DNA of 64,000 bases from an uncultured Gemmatimonadales bacterium (GTDB taxonomy: Bacteria; Gemmatimonadota; Gemmatimonadetes; Longimicrobiales; RSA9). The position numbers and the translations under genes are program-made. Shown in pieces: positions 43,236 through 52,977 of this stretch (the stretch's first letter is position 1; every line of letters starts with the position of its first letter). Location: positions 672,001-736,000 of the forward strand of contig OY970192.1 of assembly GCA_963708135.1 (NCBI GenBank), in the 5' to 3' direction. Below the pieces are notes generated by a model. That model was not told the origin of the DNA, did no database searches, and saw only the letters and a program-made list of their open reading frames with translations.

Positions 43236-43418
43236 TGTGGTGACACGATAGTCGCATGGGCGCCGGGCACGGAAGCCGTTGCGCCGGGGCCGGCGCCGCG
43301 GTATCCTGGCGTGGCATGCGGCCGGCGGGGCGGAGGGCTCGCTCACGACGCGGTCCTCCCAGCGTTCTCCTTCCCTCGAAGCGCCGGCCGTGCCACCCCC
43401 CGAACGCGGAGCGTTCCC

Positions 43419-44621
43419 ATGCGTGCGATCCGTCCATCCGGCATCCATCCAAGCCGCATCCGTACAGCCGCCAACCAGGGATCGGCGATGCGTGCGGCGG
43501 GCACCGGTCGATCCGGCGTCCATACGTCCACCCTCCTGCTGGCCGCCGTTCTCGGTGCCGGTGTGCTCGCGGGCTCGGTCCGCGCCCAGGACGTGACCTA
43601 CCAGGAGACCAGCAGCGTCAAGCTGGAAGGCGGGCTGGGCAGCCTGATGAGCTTTGCCGCCAAGCTGGGCGGCGGCTCGATGAAGGACATGGTGACGACG
43701 ACGTACATCTCCGGCCACCGCATGCGTGTGGACAACAAGGACGAGTCCACCATCTACGACGCGGACGCCGGGACGATCACGACCCTGAACCACAAGGACA
43801 AGACGTACTTCCAGGAGAGCTTCGCCCAGATGGCGGAGGCGATGAAGGCGGCCCAGGCGCGGATGGAGCAGGCGCGGGCGCAGTCGCAGACCGAAGACAA
43901 GGGCAAGAAGGGGCAGGACTCGGTGAAGCTGAACGTGAGCTTCCATGTCAGCGTCGATCGCCCCGGCGACCACCAGACCGTGGCTGGCTACGGCGCGGAG
44001 CGCACGTTCGTCACGCTGGAGGCGGTCGGCACGGGCACTCGGCAGAGCGACCAGCAGACGCAGCAGGTCGGCACCATGGTCTTCTTCAACGACGTCTGGA
44101 GCGCGCAGGGCACACCGCTGGAGAAGGCCCGCCGCAACTTCCAGGACGCGATGATGAAGCAGAACGGCAACGCCATCCGGGCGGAGGCACGCGGCATGGC
44201 CGGTCTCTTCACGAAGAATCCCCAGATGAGTGAGGGCATGAAGCAGAGCGCGGAGGAGCTGCAGAAGATGCGGGGCGTCCCCGTGCGGACGACCTCCTAT
44301 GTCGTCCTCGTTTCGCCCGACCAGAAGTTCGACCCCAAGCTCACGCTTGGCGAGCAGCAGCAGACGGCCGAGCAGCCCAAGCAGGAAAAGAAGAAGTCGG
44401 GCGGCTTCTTCAGCAAGCTGGCCAAGGCGGCGGAGAAGGCCGAGGAGTCAGCGAAAACCGACGAGCAGAAGAAGGACGATCAGAAGAACGCTCCGCCGCA
44501 GGCCACCGCCATGATCATCACGACCGAGGTCACCAGCGTGAAGGTCGGCGCCGTTCCGGCCTCCATGTTCCAGGTCCCGGCGGGCTATTCCGGGATCCCC
44601 GCGCCGACGTTGATGCACTGA
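43419..44621 (+). CDS. Secreted hypothetical protein (DUF4412-like); start uncertain (43419 or 43488)
   Basis: Signal peptide ending VRA-Q; TYISGHRMRVD, LNHKDKTY, C-terminal FQVPAGY. Confidence 0.7.
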   Translation: MRAIRPSGIHPSRIRTAANQGSAMRAAGTGRSGVHTSTLLLAAVLGAGVLAGSVRAQDVTYQETSSVKLEGGLGSLMSFAAKLGGGSMKDMVTTTYISGHRMRVDNKDESTIYDADAGTITTLNHKDKTYFQESFAQMAEAMKAAQARMEQARAQSQTEDKGKKGQDSVKLNVSFHVSVDRPGDHQTVAGYGAERTFVTLEAVGTGTRQSDQQTQQVGTMVFFNDVWSAQGTPLEKARRNFQDAMMKQNGNAIRAEARGMAGLFTKNPQMSEGMKQSAEELQKMRGVPVRTTSYVVLVSPDQKFDPKLTLGEQQQTAEQPKQEKKKSGGFFSKLAKAAEKAEESAKTDEQKKDDQKNAPPQATAMIITTEVTSVKVGAVPASMFQVPAGYSGIPAPTLMH

Positions 44622-44635
44622 GGCCGGCTCACGAG

Positions 44636-45013
44636 TCAAGATGCGGGTGCCATGCCGACCCTGATCTCCGTGCCGTGGCGCAGCGTCGTCTCGACCGTGC
44701 ACTGCGCCGCCACGCGGGTGGCGGCGCAGTGGCGGGACTTCGACAGCGACGGCCAGTGCAGCACCAGATCGTAATGGCCGACGCGGTAGGGGTCCTCCAC
44801 GTACGCCCATGAGAGCTCGATCTCGAGGTCCTCGACGCCGAGCCCGGCCGCGTCCGCCCACGCCGCGAGCACGGACACGGTGCAGGTGGCGAGGGACGCG
44901 GCCAGCATGTGGAGCGGGGAGAATTGAACCTCCGGGTCGGCGGAGGAGACCTCGAGGCCTTCTCCGGCGGCCCGGAGGCGGATGCGGGCGGCGGACTCGA
45001 GAATCAGGTCCAC
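44636..45013 (-). CDS. OsmC family protein
   Basis: SPLHMLAASLATC ... CTVETTL. Confidence 0.85.
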   Translation of the reverse strand: MDLILESAARIRLRAAGEGLEVSSADPEVQFSPLHMLAASLATCTVSVLAAWADAAGLGVEDLEIELSWAYVEDPYRVGHYDLVLHWPSLSKSRHCAATRVAAQCTVETTLRHGTEIRVGMAPAS

Positions 45014-45038
45014 GGCACGTCGATGGCCTTCTCCGCGA

Positions 45039-45266
45039 TCAGCTCTCCAGCCACTTCCGGTCCTCGGCCGAGATCTGGTGCTGCTTCGGCTTCAGGAGCC
45101 GGACGATCACGTAGCCGAGGAGCACGATCGGGGCCACCTTGAAGAGCAGGAACGCGGCCAGGCCGAGCGTGACGGAGAAGATCACGCCGACGACGGCGAG
45201 CGCCACGCCAATGACGACGAGGCCGACCAGTCCCACCAGCAGGAACGTGAGCAGCGAAGCGAGCAT
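45039..45266 (-). CDS. Small two-TM membrane protein
   Basis: AAGGAG RBS; highly hydrophobic 75 aa. Confidence 0.75.
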   Translation of the reverse strand: MLASLLTFLLVGLVGLVVIGVALAVVGVIFSVTLGLAAFLLFKVAPIVLLGYVIVRLLKPKQHQISAEDRKWLES

Positions 45267-45307
45267 CTGAGACTCCTTTCCAGAACGCGTCCACCCGATC
45301 CCCCACC

Positions 45308-46183
45308 CTAGAACGTCGTATCGCCGGTCCCGGTCCACTGCACATCGATCGAGCCGAGCGCGGCCTGGACGTTCAGCGTCAGGTGGCGCGCCGCGGCATC
45401 GAAGTTGGCCGACGTGTACGTGTTGCCGCGCTTCTCGAGGCCCGCGCCGTCGATGGAGGCGAGCACGCCATCCTTCACGATGCGCAGTCCCACGCCGCGC
45501 GGCACGACGAGCTTGAGCGAGCCGAGGCCCATGTGGACGTCGCCCGTCATGTCGCTCCGCAATTTGGCGCCGAAGCCGAGCGTGATGTCGCCCACGCCGC
45601 CCGAGAGCGAGATCCGGCTGCAGCCGAGGTTGCCGAGGTCCACGGCGTCGAAGGATGCGGCGCCGACCTCCAGCGAGAGCGCGTCGCAGGCGACGGGGTT
45701 GGGCTGCGACACGCGCAGCTTGGTCTCGCTCGCGCCGGTCGAGATCCGGGCGTTGGTGATGCGCAACCCGCCGAGGTCGAGGTCGGCCTGGACGGCGCCG
45801 AACTTGAGCGTCAGGTCGAGGGGCACGGCGGGGCCGAGCGCCAGGTCGAGGCGGTTGCCCTTGCGGTCACCCTTGCGAATCCGGACGTGGTGCTCGCCCT
45901 GGATGCCCACGCGCAGCGAGCCGTCGGCGTAGTCGACCTGCGGCGTGAAGCTGTCCGCGTCGTAGCGCAGCGTGGCGCGATAGAGCGTGGCGGCGGGGGC
46001 GGACGTCACGTTCAGCTGGCCGGCCCCGTACTCGACGTCCACGGCCAGGTGCTTCTCGCCGTTGTACTCCCGCGCCACGGTCTGCGTATGCCAGTCCTGC
46101 GCATCCGCGTTGGCCGGCTGCGCGCCCTCGGAGCCGCCGCACGCGGCCAGCACCAGGACGAGTGGCAGCCATGCTCTAGACAT
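45308..46183 (-). CDS. LiaF/toast-rack (DUF2154-like) lipoprotein
   Basis: Lipobox LAAC; repeated beta motifs GAG.L, GAV.A.L, GVG.I.L, GLG.L. Confidence 0.75.
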   Translation of the reverse strand: MSRAWLPLVLVLAACGGSEGAQPANADAQDWHTQTVAREYNGEKHLAVDVEYGAGQLNVTSAPAATLYRATLRYDADSFTPQVDYADGSLRVGIQGEHHVRIRKGDRKGNRLDLALGPAVPLDLTLKFGAVQADLDLGGLRITNARISTGASETKLRVSQPNPVACDALSLEVGAASFDAVDLGNLGCSRISLSGGVGDITLGFGAKLRSDMTGDVHMGLGSLKLVVPRGVGLRIVKDGVLASIDGAGLEKRGNTYTSANFDAAARHLTLNVQAALGSIDVQWTGTGDTTF

Positions 46184-47480
46184 GGGCTTCCTCCTCGAAC
46201 ACGCCCGGCGCGGTCCGGCCGGCCATGCTCGTCGGCGGGCGGGTGCCCGCCCGCGAGATCAGCACCGCGCCGAGGCCGGTCGTGAAGGCGAAGCAGGTCA
46301 GCACGACGGCCAGGAAGGTCAGCGTGCCGTGGATGAAGCTCAGCCACGGGCCCGCCATCTCGACCACGTTGGAGGCCAGGAAGAGGGCCATGAGCAGGCC
46401 GAGCCCGGTGAGCAGGTAGTAATAGGAGTTGGCCCGCTGCATCCACTCGCCGCCGTAGAAGCGGCGCTCCGCCAGCGCCTCGCCGGCGGCGTGACCCACG
46501 GCCAGGTAGCCGAAGAGCGCGGCCAGCACCACGGCCACGGGGAAGAGCGGCACCCAGACCAGCAGCGCAGGGATCCCGATGATCGAGACGGTCAGCGCGA
46601 TGATCCCGAGCACGAACGCGGGCAGCACCAGGAAGGAGGCGGCCACGCCGACCAGCCACGAGCGCCCCATCTGGTGCCGGGCCGTGTCCGCCACCGCCTC
46701 CAGGTACGGCCGGCCGCCGAAGAAGACCACCGCGAAGCCGATCCCGAAGAGCACCGCCAGCACCACCAGCGAGGCGACCAGGTCCGAGATCCCGCGCCAC
46801 ACGTGGCGCAGCGGGTTCAGCCAGCCGGTCGTGCCGTCCACATCCAGGTCGCGCGCCTGCCCCGCCGCGCGCCGCGCCCGCGTCCGCACCTGGACGCTCC
46901 GGTCCTGGAGCTCCTGCACCCGCTGCTGCAGCGCCTCGATCCGGCTCTGCAGCCGGTTCAGCGAATCCGACGAGGGCACGCCCTGCACCCCGCCCACCGC
47001 CGGCGGCGCGATGGGGGCCGGCGGGGCCGCGGGAGCGGGCGGCGGGGGCGCCGCATCGGCCGCGGCGGCGTCCGCGCCGGACAGGACGGCGTCGAGCGCC
47101 CGGCGCATCTGGCCGGCCACGTCGCCCGAGGGGGCGTCCCAGCCGCGGAGCAGCCCCGCGAGCTGCGCGGTCGGCGTGTCCATGGCCCTGTTCAGCAGGC
47201 TCCGCCACGCCCGGTCGAGCGGCCCGCCGCGCGGCGCCTCGCCGAGGTCGCGGCCGTCCGCCCACACGTGGCCATCCCGGATGGCGACGTCCACGTTGCG
47301 GCCGCCGGCGAGGTCGAGATCGAGCGCCGCCTCGTCGCGCGAGATGTTGACCTGACTGGACACGATCCGCCCGCCCGACGCCGCCTGCGCCGCGGCCGGC
47401 CGGGGGCAGACACCGAGGAGCGCGCCGCACGCGGCGGCCAGGACGAGCCGGCTAGACGAAGAGCGAAGCATGGTGAGCAT
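46176..47480 (-). CDS. Membrane protein with N-terminal exported domain and multi-TM C-terminus
   Basis: Signal peptide, coiled coil, about 6 TM helices including VSIIGIP. Confidence 0.75.
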   Translation of the reverse strand: MLTMLRSSSSRLVLAAACGALLGVCPRPAAAQAASGGRIVSSQVNISRDEAALDLDLAGGRNVDVAIRDGHVWADGRDLGEAPRGGPLDRAWRSLLNRAMDTPTAQLAGLLRGWDAPSGDVAGQMRRALDAVLSGADAAAADAAPPPPAPAAPPAPIAPPAVGGVQGVPSSDSLNRLQSRIEALQQRVQELQDRSVQVRTRARRAAGQARDLDVDGTTGWLNPLRHVWRGISDLVASLVVLAVLFGIGFAVVFFGGRPYLEAVADTARHQMGRSWLVGVAASFLVLPAFVLGIIALTVSIIGIPALLVWVPLFPVAVVLAALFGYLAVGHAAGEALAERRFYGGEWMQRANSYYYLLTGLGLLMALFLASNVVEMAGPWLSFIHGTLTFLAVVLTCFAFTTGLGAVLISRAGTRPPTSMAGRTAPGVFEEEAHV

Positions 47481-48099
47481 CCCGCGAATGCGTGCCGAAG
47501 AGATTACGGTAGAGGATCCAGCTCGAGACGACGAAGAGGGTGCCGATCAGCGCGGCGGCGGTGCCGATGCCGGCGAGCCCCGCGGTGCCGACGAACGTGC
47601 GGAGCGCCGCGCCCAGGGACTGCACCGCGTCGCTTGCCATGATGATTCCGGAAACCTGCGCATAGAGCCAGCCGGCGCCCGTGAGCGCGCGGTCCGACAG
47701 GAAGACGACGAGCCCCTGCACCGTGACCCACGGCTGCGCGAGCAGCCAGGCGAGCCCGCCGCCCAGACCGAGCGCCGGCGCCAGCAGGAACGCCGCGGCG
47801 AGGCTCCAGCCGCGCGCGGTGTCCGGCAGCAGCCGGCCGAGCAGCGCCGCGACCCGCGCCGGCCACGGCCGCGTCACCCGCACCCGCGCCATGACCAGGT
47901 CGGCGAAGCCGGGCGCCGGCTCGACGGCCGGGAGCGTGGAGAGCGTCGCGAAGAGCGCCCGCCACTCCTCCACATCGGTCTGGCAGCGCGCGCAGGAGAG
48001 CACGTGGGACTCGAGCACGGCCGCCTCCCCCGCGTCGAGGGTTCCCTCGACGTAGGATTCCAGCCTCTCGGCCGACGGGTGCAGCATCGAATCGCTCAA
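47452..48099 (-). CDS. Zinc-binding anti-sigma factor (zf-HC2/RsiW-like)
   Basis: HPSAERL..Y..G.L and HVLSCARC (HxxxCxxC); C-terminal TMs. Confidence 0.9.
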   Translation of the reverse strand: MSDSMLHPSAERLESYVEGTLDAGEAAVLESHVLSCARCQTDVEEWRALFATLSTLPAVEPAPGFADLVMARVRVTRPWPARVAALLGRLLPDTARGWSLAAAFLLAPALGLGGGLAWLLAQPWVTVQGLVVFLSDRALTGAGWLYAQVSGIIMASDAVQSLGAALRTFVGTAGLAGIGTAAALIGTLFVVSSWILYRNLFGTHSRDAHHASLFV

Positions 48100-48133
48100 C
48101 TCAAGCCCTCCCGGATCGTGGTCCTGGTGTCCA

Positions 48134-48160
48134 TACGGATCCCCCGCGCAGGTGGTTTCA
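48134..48160 (-). promoter_or_regulatory. SigW-type ECF promoter upstream of the anti-sigma gene
   Basis: TGAAAC-N17-CGTA; the TGA is the stop codon of the sigma gene. Confidence 0.75.
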
Positions 48161-48751
48161 GATCTTCAGATGCGCCAGATGCCGGCGCAACTCGTTCCGG
48201 GCCCGGTGGATGTAGGTCTTCACCGTGCCCAGGGGCAGCCCCATGATCTCCGCGATCTCGTCGTATGGCCGCGCCTCCATGTGCCACAACACGATCGCCG
48301 TGCGGTATTCCGGCCGCAGCTTCTCCATCGCCATCTCGATCTGCACCCCGAGCTCGCGGTTCTCCGCGTACTCCTCGGGCGTCTCGTCGCCGGACACGGC
48401 CGTCAGGCTCGACGCCTCCGCCTCCTCCGCCGTCGAGGCGTGCGGCGAGCCCTGCAGCGACAGCGTCTGCGGCTCCTTCCTGCGCAGCGCGTCGAGCGCC
48501 GTGTTGTTGGCGATCTTGAAGATCCACGAGCTGAACTTGTAGGAGGGATCGTAGCGGTCCAGCGCGTTCAGCACCTTGATGAACGTCTCCTGCGCGAGAT
48601 CCTCGGACTTCTCGCGGTTGCGGACCATCCGGTAAATGAGCGACAACACCGGACGCTCGTAGCGCCCGATCAGCTCACGGTAGGCCGCCTCCCGCCCCTT
48701 CCGGGCGTGGGCGACCACCTCCTGGTCCGTTAGACTCTTGTAATCAACCAA
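48158..48751 (-). CDS. ECF RNA polymerase sigma factor (SigW-like)
   Basis: EDLAQETFIK, FSSWIFKIANN, YDEIAEIMGLPLGTVKTYIHRAR. Confidence 0.95.
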   Translation of the reverse strand: MVDYKSLTDQEVVAHARKGREAAYRELIGRYERPVLSLIYRMVRNREKSEDLAQETFIKVLNALDRYDPSYKFSSWIFKIANNTALDALRRKEPQTLSLQGSPHASTAEEAEASSLTAVSGDETPEEYAENRELGVQIEMAMEKLRPEYRTAIVLWHMEARPYDEIAEIMGLPLGTVKTYIHRARNELRRHLAHLKI

Positions 48752-48790
48752 TCAGGGGCCCCGCCTGCTCCGCGACGACTGGTATACCCC

Positions 48791-48817
48791 TACGCCCCCC
48801 CGGCGGGTCGGGTTTCA
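48791..48817 (-). promoter_or_regulatory. SigW-type autoregulatory ECF promoter
   Basis: TGAAAC-N17-CGTA 40 nt upstream of the sigma start. Confidence 0.8.
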
Positions 48818-48827
48818 GGCCGCGGGC

Positions 48828-48856
48828 TTGATCGGGAAGGGGGCGCGGGCTAGCTT
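48828..48856 (+). promoter_or_regulatory. Putative sigma70 promoter of ubiE/menG
   Basis: TTGATC-N17-TAGCTT, back-to-back with the ECF promoter. Confidence 0.5.
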
Positions 48857-48908
48857 CACCGGCCCTGCGCCGCAGGCCCTATTTTATTCCAACGGAGCCA
48901 TTTGCGCG

Positions 48909-49646
48909 ATGCCCGAGCCGCGGCGCGCCGCCGCCGTCCTGCCGAGCGCCGAGGAGAAGTCCGCCGCGGTCCGCCACATGTTCGGCGCCATCGCGCCCCG
49001 CTACGACCTGCTGAACCACCTCCTCTCCCTTGGCATCGATCGCCTCTGGCGACGCCGCGCCATCCGCCGCCTCCTCGCCGGCCGCGCTCCCCGCGGCACC
49101 TTCCTCGACGCCTGCGCCGGCACTTTCGACCTCGCCCTCGCCCTCGCCCGGCGCCCCGGCTTCGATGGCCTCGTGGTCGGCTCCGACTTCACCTTCCGCA
49201 TGCTCGAGGAGGGTAAGCCCAAGATCCAGGCCACACCGGTCGCGCCCGCGTGCGCCGACGCGCTCCGCCTCCCCTTCGCCGACGCCACCTTCGACGGCGC
49301 CACCGTCGGCTTCGGCGTCCGCAACCTCGCCGACATCGACGCCGGCCTCGGCGAGCTCGCCCGCGTGCTCAAGCCCGGCGCCCGCCTCGTCATCCTCGAG
49401 TTCACCACCCCGCGCTGGCAGCCGTTCCGGGCGCTCTACTTCTTCTATTTCCTCCACGTGCTGCCCGTCGTCGGGCGGATCGTGTCCCGGCACGGCGAGG
49501 CGTACTCGTACCTGCCGGCGTCCGTGCTCGAGTTCCCCGAGCCGCCCGAGCTGGCCCGGCGGATGGAGCGCGCCGGGCTGGCCCGGGTCGAGTGGGAGGC
49601 GCTGACCGGCGGGATCGCGGCAATACACATCGGAACCCGGGGGTAG
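48909..49646 (+). CDS. ubiE: Ubiquinone/menaquinone biosynthesis methyltransferase (UbiE/MenG)
   Basis: MFGAIAPRYDLLNHLLSLGID, LDACAGT, FGVRN, AYSYLPASV. Confidence 0.93.
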   Translation: MPEPRRAAAVLPSAEEKSAAVRHMFGAIAPRYDLLNHLLSLGIDRLWRRRAIRRLLAGRAPRGTFLDACAGTFDLALALARRPGFDGLVVGSDFTFRMLEEGKPKIQATPVAPACADALRLPFADATFDGATVGFGVRNLADIDAGLGELARVLKPGARLVILEFTTPRWQPFRALYFFYFLHVLPVVGRIVSRHGEAYSYLPASVLEFPEPPELARRMERAGLARVEWEALTGGIAAIHIGTRG

Positions 49647-49650
49647 GTGG

Positions 49651-49757
49651 ACTGGTTACGGCGGCAACTGCTTACGGCGGCACTACGGACACCGGCACTA
49701 CGTACACCGGCACTACAGACGGCGGCACTACGTACACCGGCACTACAGACGGCGGCA
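49651..49757. repeat. 15-bp tandem repeat GGCACTACN(G/T)AC(ACC/GGC)
   Basis: Five full units at 49679-49753 plus degenerate flanking units. Confidence 0.9.
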
Positions 49758-49841
49758 ATATGGGGGGGGCGGGGGGTGGCCGCGTCCGGTCGATCTTCCC
49801 ATCTTGGGCCTGAACGATCTCGAACCGAGGACCGCGAACTC

Positions 49842-52058
49842 ATGAAGAAGCTGCTCAGCACCGCGCTGACCGCGGCCGCGCTCGCGCTGCCGTGGCATAT
49901 CGCCGCCCAGGCTGTCACACCCGCCCCGACCCAGCAGGAGCTCGCGCGCTGGAAGGCCGAGGCCGCGGACGTCGCGATCACGCGCGACGACTGGGGCATC
50001 GCGCACGTGCACGGGAGGACGGACGCGGACGCGGTGTTCGGCATGGAGTACACGCAGGCGGAGGACGACTTCAACCGGGTGGAGATGAACTACCTCGTCT
50101 CGCTCGGCCGGCTGGCGGAGGCGGAGGGCGAGTCGGCGCTCTGGCAGGACCTGCGCGCCCGGCTCTACATGGATCCGGACACGCTCAGGGCGATGTACGC
50201 GCGCAGCCCCGTCGCCATGAAGAAGCTGATGGACGCCTTCGCGGATGGGCTCAACTACTTCCTCTACACGCACCCTGAGGTGCACCCGAAGGCGATCACG
50301 CGCTTCGAGCCGTGGATGGCGCTCTCCTTCACCGAGGGGAGCATCGGCGGCGACATCGAGCGGATGCCGCTCAGGGAGCTCGCGGCGTTCTACGGCGGCC
50401 CCGGCGACGCGACGAAGGCCGCATCGGAATCGTCGCCCGAGGGAGACGGACCGCCGCCCGAGCCGTCCGGCTCGAACGGCATTGCCATCGCGCCGAAGAA
50501 CACGCTGGACCGCCACGCGCTCCTCTACATCAACCCGCACACTTCCTTCTACTTCCGCTCCGAGCTGCAGATGTCGAGCGACGAGGGGCTCGACGCCTAC
50601 GGCGCCGTGACCTGGGGGCAGTTCTTCATCTATCAGGGCTTCAACCCGACGTGCGGCTGGATGCACACCTCGAGCGGCGTGGACAACATCGATGAGTTCC
50701 TGGAGACGCCCGTGAAGAAGGGCGGGCGGATGTACTACCAGTACGGGAACAAGCAGCTGCCGATGGCGACGCGCCAGATCACGATCGCGTACCGGACCCC
50801 GGGCGGCATGGCGCACCGCACCTTCACCGCCTACTACACGCAGCACGGGCCGATCTACGGCAAGCAGGGCGATCGCTGGCTCGCGTACTCCATGATGTTC
50901 GAGCCGGTGAACGCGCTCGTCCAGTCGTACACGCGGACCAAGGCGAAGGACATGGCCGCCTTCGAGAAGATCATGGAGCTGCACACCAACTCCTCGAACA
51001 ACACCGTCTTCGCCGATGCCGAGGGCGACATCGCCTACTTCCACTCGAACTACATCCCGCGCCGCGACACGTCCTTCGACTGGCTCGAGCCCGTGAACGG
51101 CGCGAACCCGAAGACGGCCTACCACGGCGTGCTGTCGTTCGACGAGACGCCGAACGTCGTGAACCCGGACGTCGGCTGGCTCTACAACTCGAACAACTGG
51201 CCGTGGTCCGCCGCCGGGCCGGACAGCCCGAAGCGCGCCGACTTCCCCAGGTACGTCGAGCGCGGCACCGAGGAGACCCCGCGCGGCCACCACGCGCTGC
51301 GCGTGCTCCCCGGCAAGCACGACTACTCCATGCTTTCCCTCACCGCCACCGCGTTCGACAGCTATCTGCCCGCCTTCGCGCACCTCGTTCCGCCGCTCCT
51401 CAAGGCCTACGACGGCGCGCCCGCCGGGGCGCTCAGGACGAAGCTCGCGAAGCAGATCCAGGTGCTCCGCGACTGGGACTTCCGCTGGGGCTACAACTCC
51501 GTGGCGACGTCGCTCGCCGTCTACTGGGGCACCGACCTCATCCGGCGCGTCATGCGCGAGTCCCGCGCGGCGGGCATGTCCTGGGAGGACTACGCCGCCG
51601 AGCGCGCCACGCCGGACGAGCTGCTCCAGTCGCTCGCCGACGCGTCCGACAAGCTCGCCGCCGATTTCGGCAACTGGCAGACGCCGTGGGGCGACGTGAA
51701 CCGCTTCCAGCGCTTCAACGACGACATCGAGCCGCATTTCGACGACTCGAAGCCGAGCATCCCCGTCCCCTTCACCTCCTCGCTCTGGGGCTCCCTCGCC
51801 TCCTTCGGCGCCCGCCAGTACCCGAACACGAAGAAGTGGTACGGCACCAGCGGCAACAGCTTCGTCGCCGTGGTCGAGTTCGGCGACAGCGTGCGCGCGC
51901 GGGCCGTCACCGCCGGCGGCGAGAGCGGGCACCCGTCCTCACCTCATTTCGATGATGAGGCCGAGCGCTACGCCACCGGGAACCTGCGGGTCGTGTATTT
52001 CTATCCCGAGCAGCTGAAGGGACATACGGAGAAGGTGTATCATCCGGGGGAGAAGTGA
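49842..52058 (+). CDS. Penicillin/cephalosporin acylase family Ntn-hydrolase
   Basis: Signal peptide; RDDWGIAHV, AEDDF, nucleophile S in GSNGIAIAP, INPH, GWMHT. Confidence 0.93.
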   Translation: MKKLLSTALTAAALALPWHIAAQAVTPAPTQQELARWKAEAADVAITRDDWGIAHVHGRTDADAVFGMEYTQAEDDFNRVEMNYLVSLGRLAEAEGESALWQDLRARLYMDPDTLRAMYARSPVAMKKLMDAFADGLNYFLYTHPEVHPKAITRFEPWMALSFTEGSIGGDIERMPLRELAAFYGGPGDATKAASESSPEGDGPPPEPSGSNGIAIAPKNTLDRHALLYINPHTSFYFRSELQMSSDEGLDAYGAVTWGQFFIYQGFNPTCGWMHTSSGVDNIDEFLETPVKKGGRMYYQYGNKQLPMATRQITIAYRTPGGMAHRTFTAYYTQHGPIYGKQGDRWLAYSMMFEPVNALVQSYTRTKAKDMAAFEKIMELHTNSSNNTVFADAEGDIAYFHSNYIPRRDTSFDWLEPVNGANPKTAYHGVLSFDETPNVVNPDVGWLYNSNNWPWSAAGPDSPKRADFPRYVERGTEETPRGHHALRVLPGKHDYSMLSLTATAFDSYLPAFAHLVPPLLKAYDGAPAGALRTKLAKQIQVLRDWDFRWGYNSVATSLAVYWGTDLIRRVMRESRAAGMSWEDYAAERATPDELLQSLADASDKLAADFGNWQTPWGDVNRFQRFNDDIEPHFDDSKPSIPVPFTSSLWGSLASFGARQYPNTKKWYGTSGNSFVAVVEFGDSVRARAVTAGGESGHPSSPHFDDEAERYATGNLRVVYFYPEQLKGHTEKVYHPGEK

Positions 52059-52127
52059 CGGGCGGGATCCGGGATGCGGTAATCGGGATGCCGACGTGAG
52101 GCATCTTCCGGCTCCTCGCTGTTCCGA

Positions 52128-52568
52128 GTGGGTGAGGATTGGACCGGTGTGCGGGTGCGGGTGCGGCTCCGCCCCCCCTGTGCGTGTGCGCGCCACCTGG
52201 GCGCCTCCCGCGTTGCGGGCGCGGGCCCGCTGATGCTCTTCTCGAGCGTCGCCGGCGTATGGCGGCCCCTTTCCCCGGGCGCCTCGCTCCAGCTCCAGCT
52301 CGGCTTGGGCCCCGCGCTCATCGCCCACGCCGGCAGCGGGGAGTCCCTCATGGCGCGCCAGGTCGACGTCGGTGGCGTGGCCACGGCCGGGGCCCGGATC
52401 GCGCTGAGCCGCCGCCTGGGCCTCGGGGTGGACGTGTACGACTACCGCTTCACGTCGCGGTTCGACTCTTTCGCCTTCGATCCCGGCAACGGGACGTACC
52501 GCTACCCTGCGGCGTCCGTTCGCCGCTCGGAGTGGCTGATCCTGCCGGGGCTCCAGCTCCGCTTCTGA
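52128..52568 (+). pseudogene. Probable 3' fragment of an outer-membrane beta-barrel gene
   Basis: Amphipathic strands ending GLQLRF; no signal peptide; 5' part is GTGCGG microsatellite. Confidence 0.45.
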
Positions 52569-52666
52569 GGTTCCGCCCGCGAAGGCGGAGAAGACGGCCC
52601 CGGCCCGGTCGAGCCAGCGCTCGCCGGCCGGAGCCGCGTGCATTTTAGGAGCGCGGGCCGGGAGGG

Positions 52667-52847
52667 GCGGACTTTTCTGCACGTCCGCCACCCCTGCTGG
52701 CGCTCGCCACGCACTTTGGGCCGCTGTGCGGACCCAACTCCCCTCGCGTCGGCCGCCGCCATCGGCGCGAGCGGAGTTTGGTCCGCATGGCGGCTTTTTC
52801 TGCGCGAGCGACTCGCCGGCCCTCGTCGATCTGGAAGTTTGATCCGG
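52667..52847. repeat. Degenerate palindromic array, ~61-nt period (locus 1)
   Basis: A(C/G)TTTG.(C/T)C(C)G(C/G)-type left half-sites at 52713, 52775, 52836, paired with GCGG..(T/C)..(A/T)CT right half-sites. Confidence 0.6.
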
Positions 52848-52977
52848 CCCCGCCGGCAGGCGGATGTGCCGCGCTGGGGGCGGAAGTCCCGCGCGGCCAG
52901 GTAGTGGCGGCGGGGCAGGGCGCGCCGGGCGCGGCGGCGCCGAGAAGCGCCGAGGGCGCGGATCGGCCTCGTCGCCT

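Noticed and set aside
49651..49757. Mini-CRISPR or N-terminal extension of the acylase (ORF start 49647)
   Set aside because: No unique spacers; ATG 49842 gives a clean signal peptide
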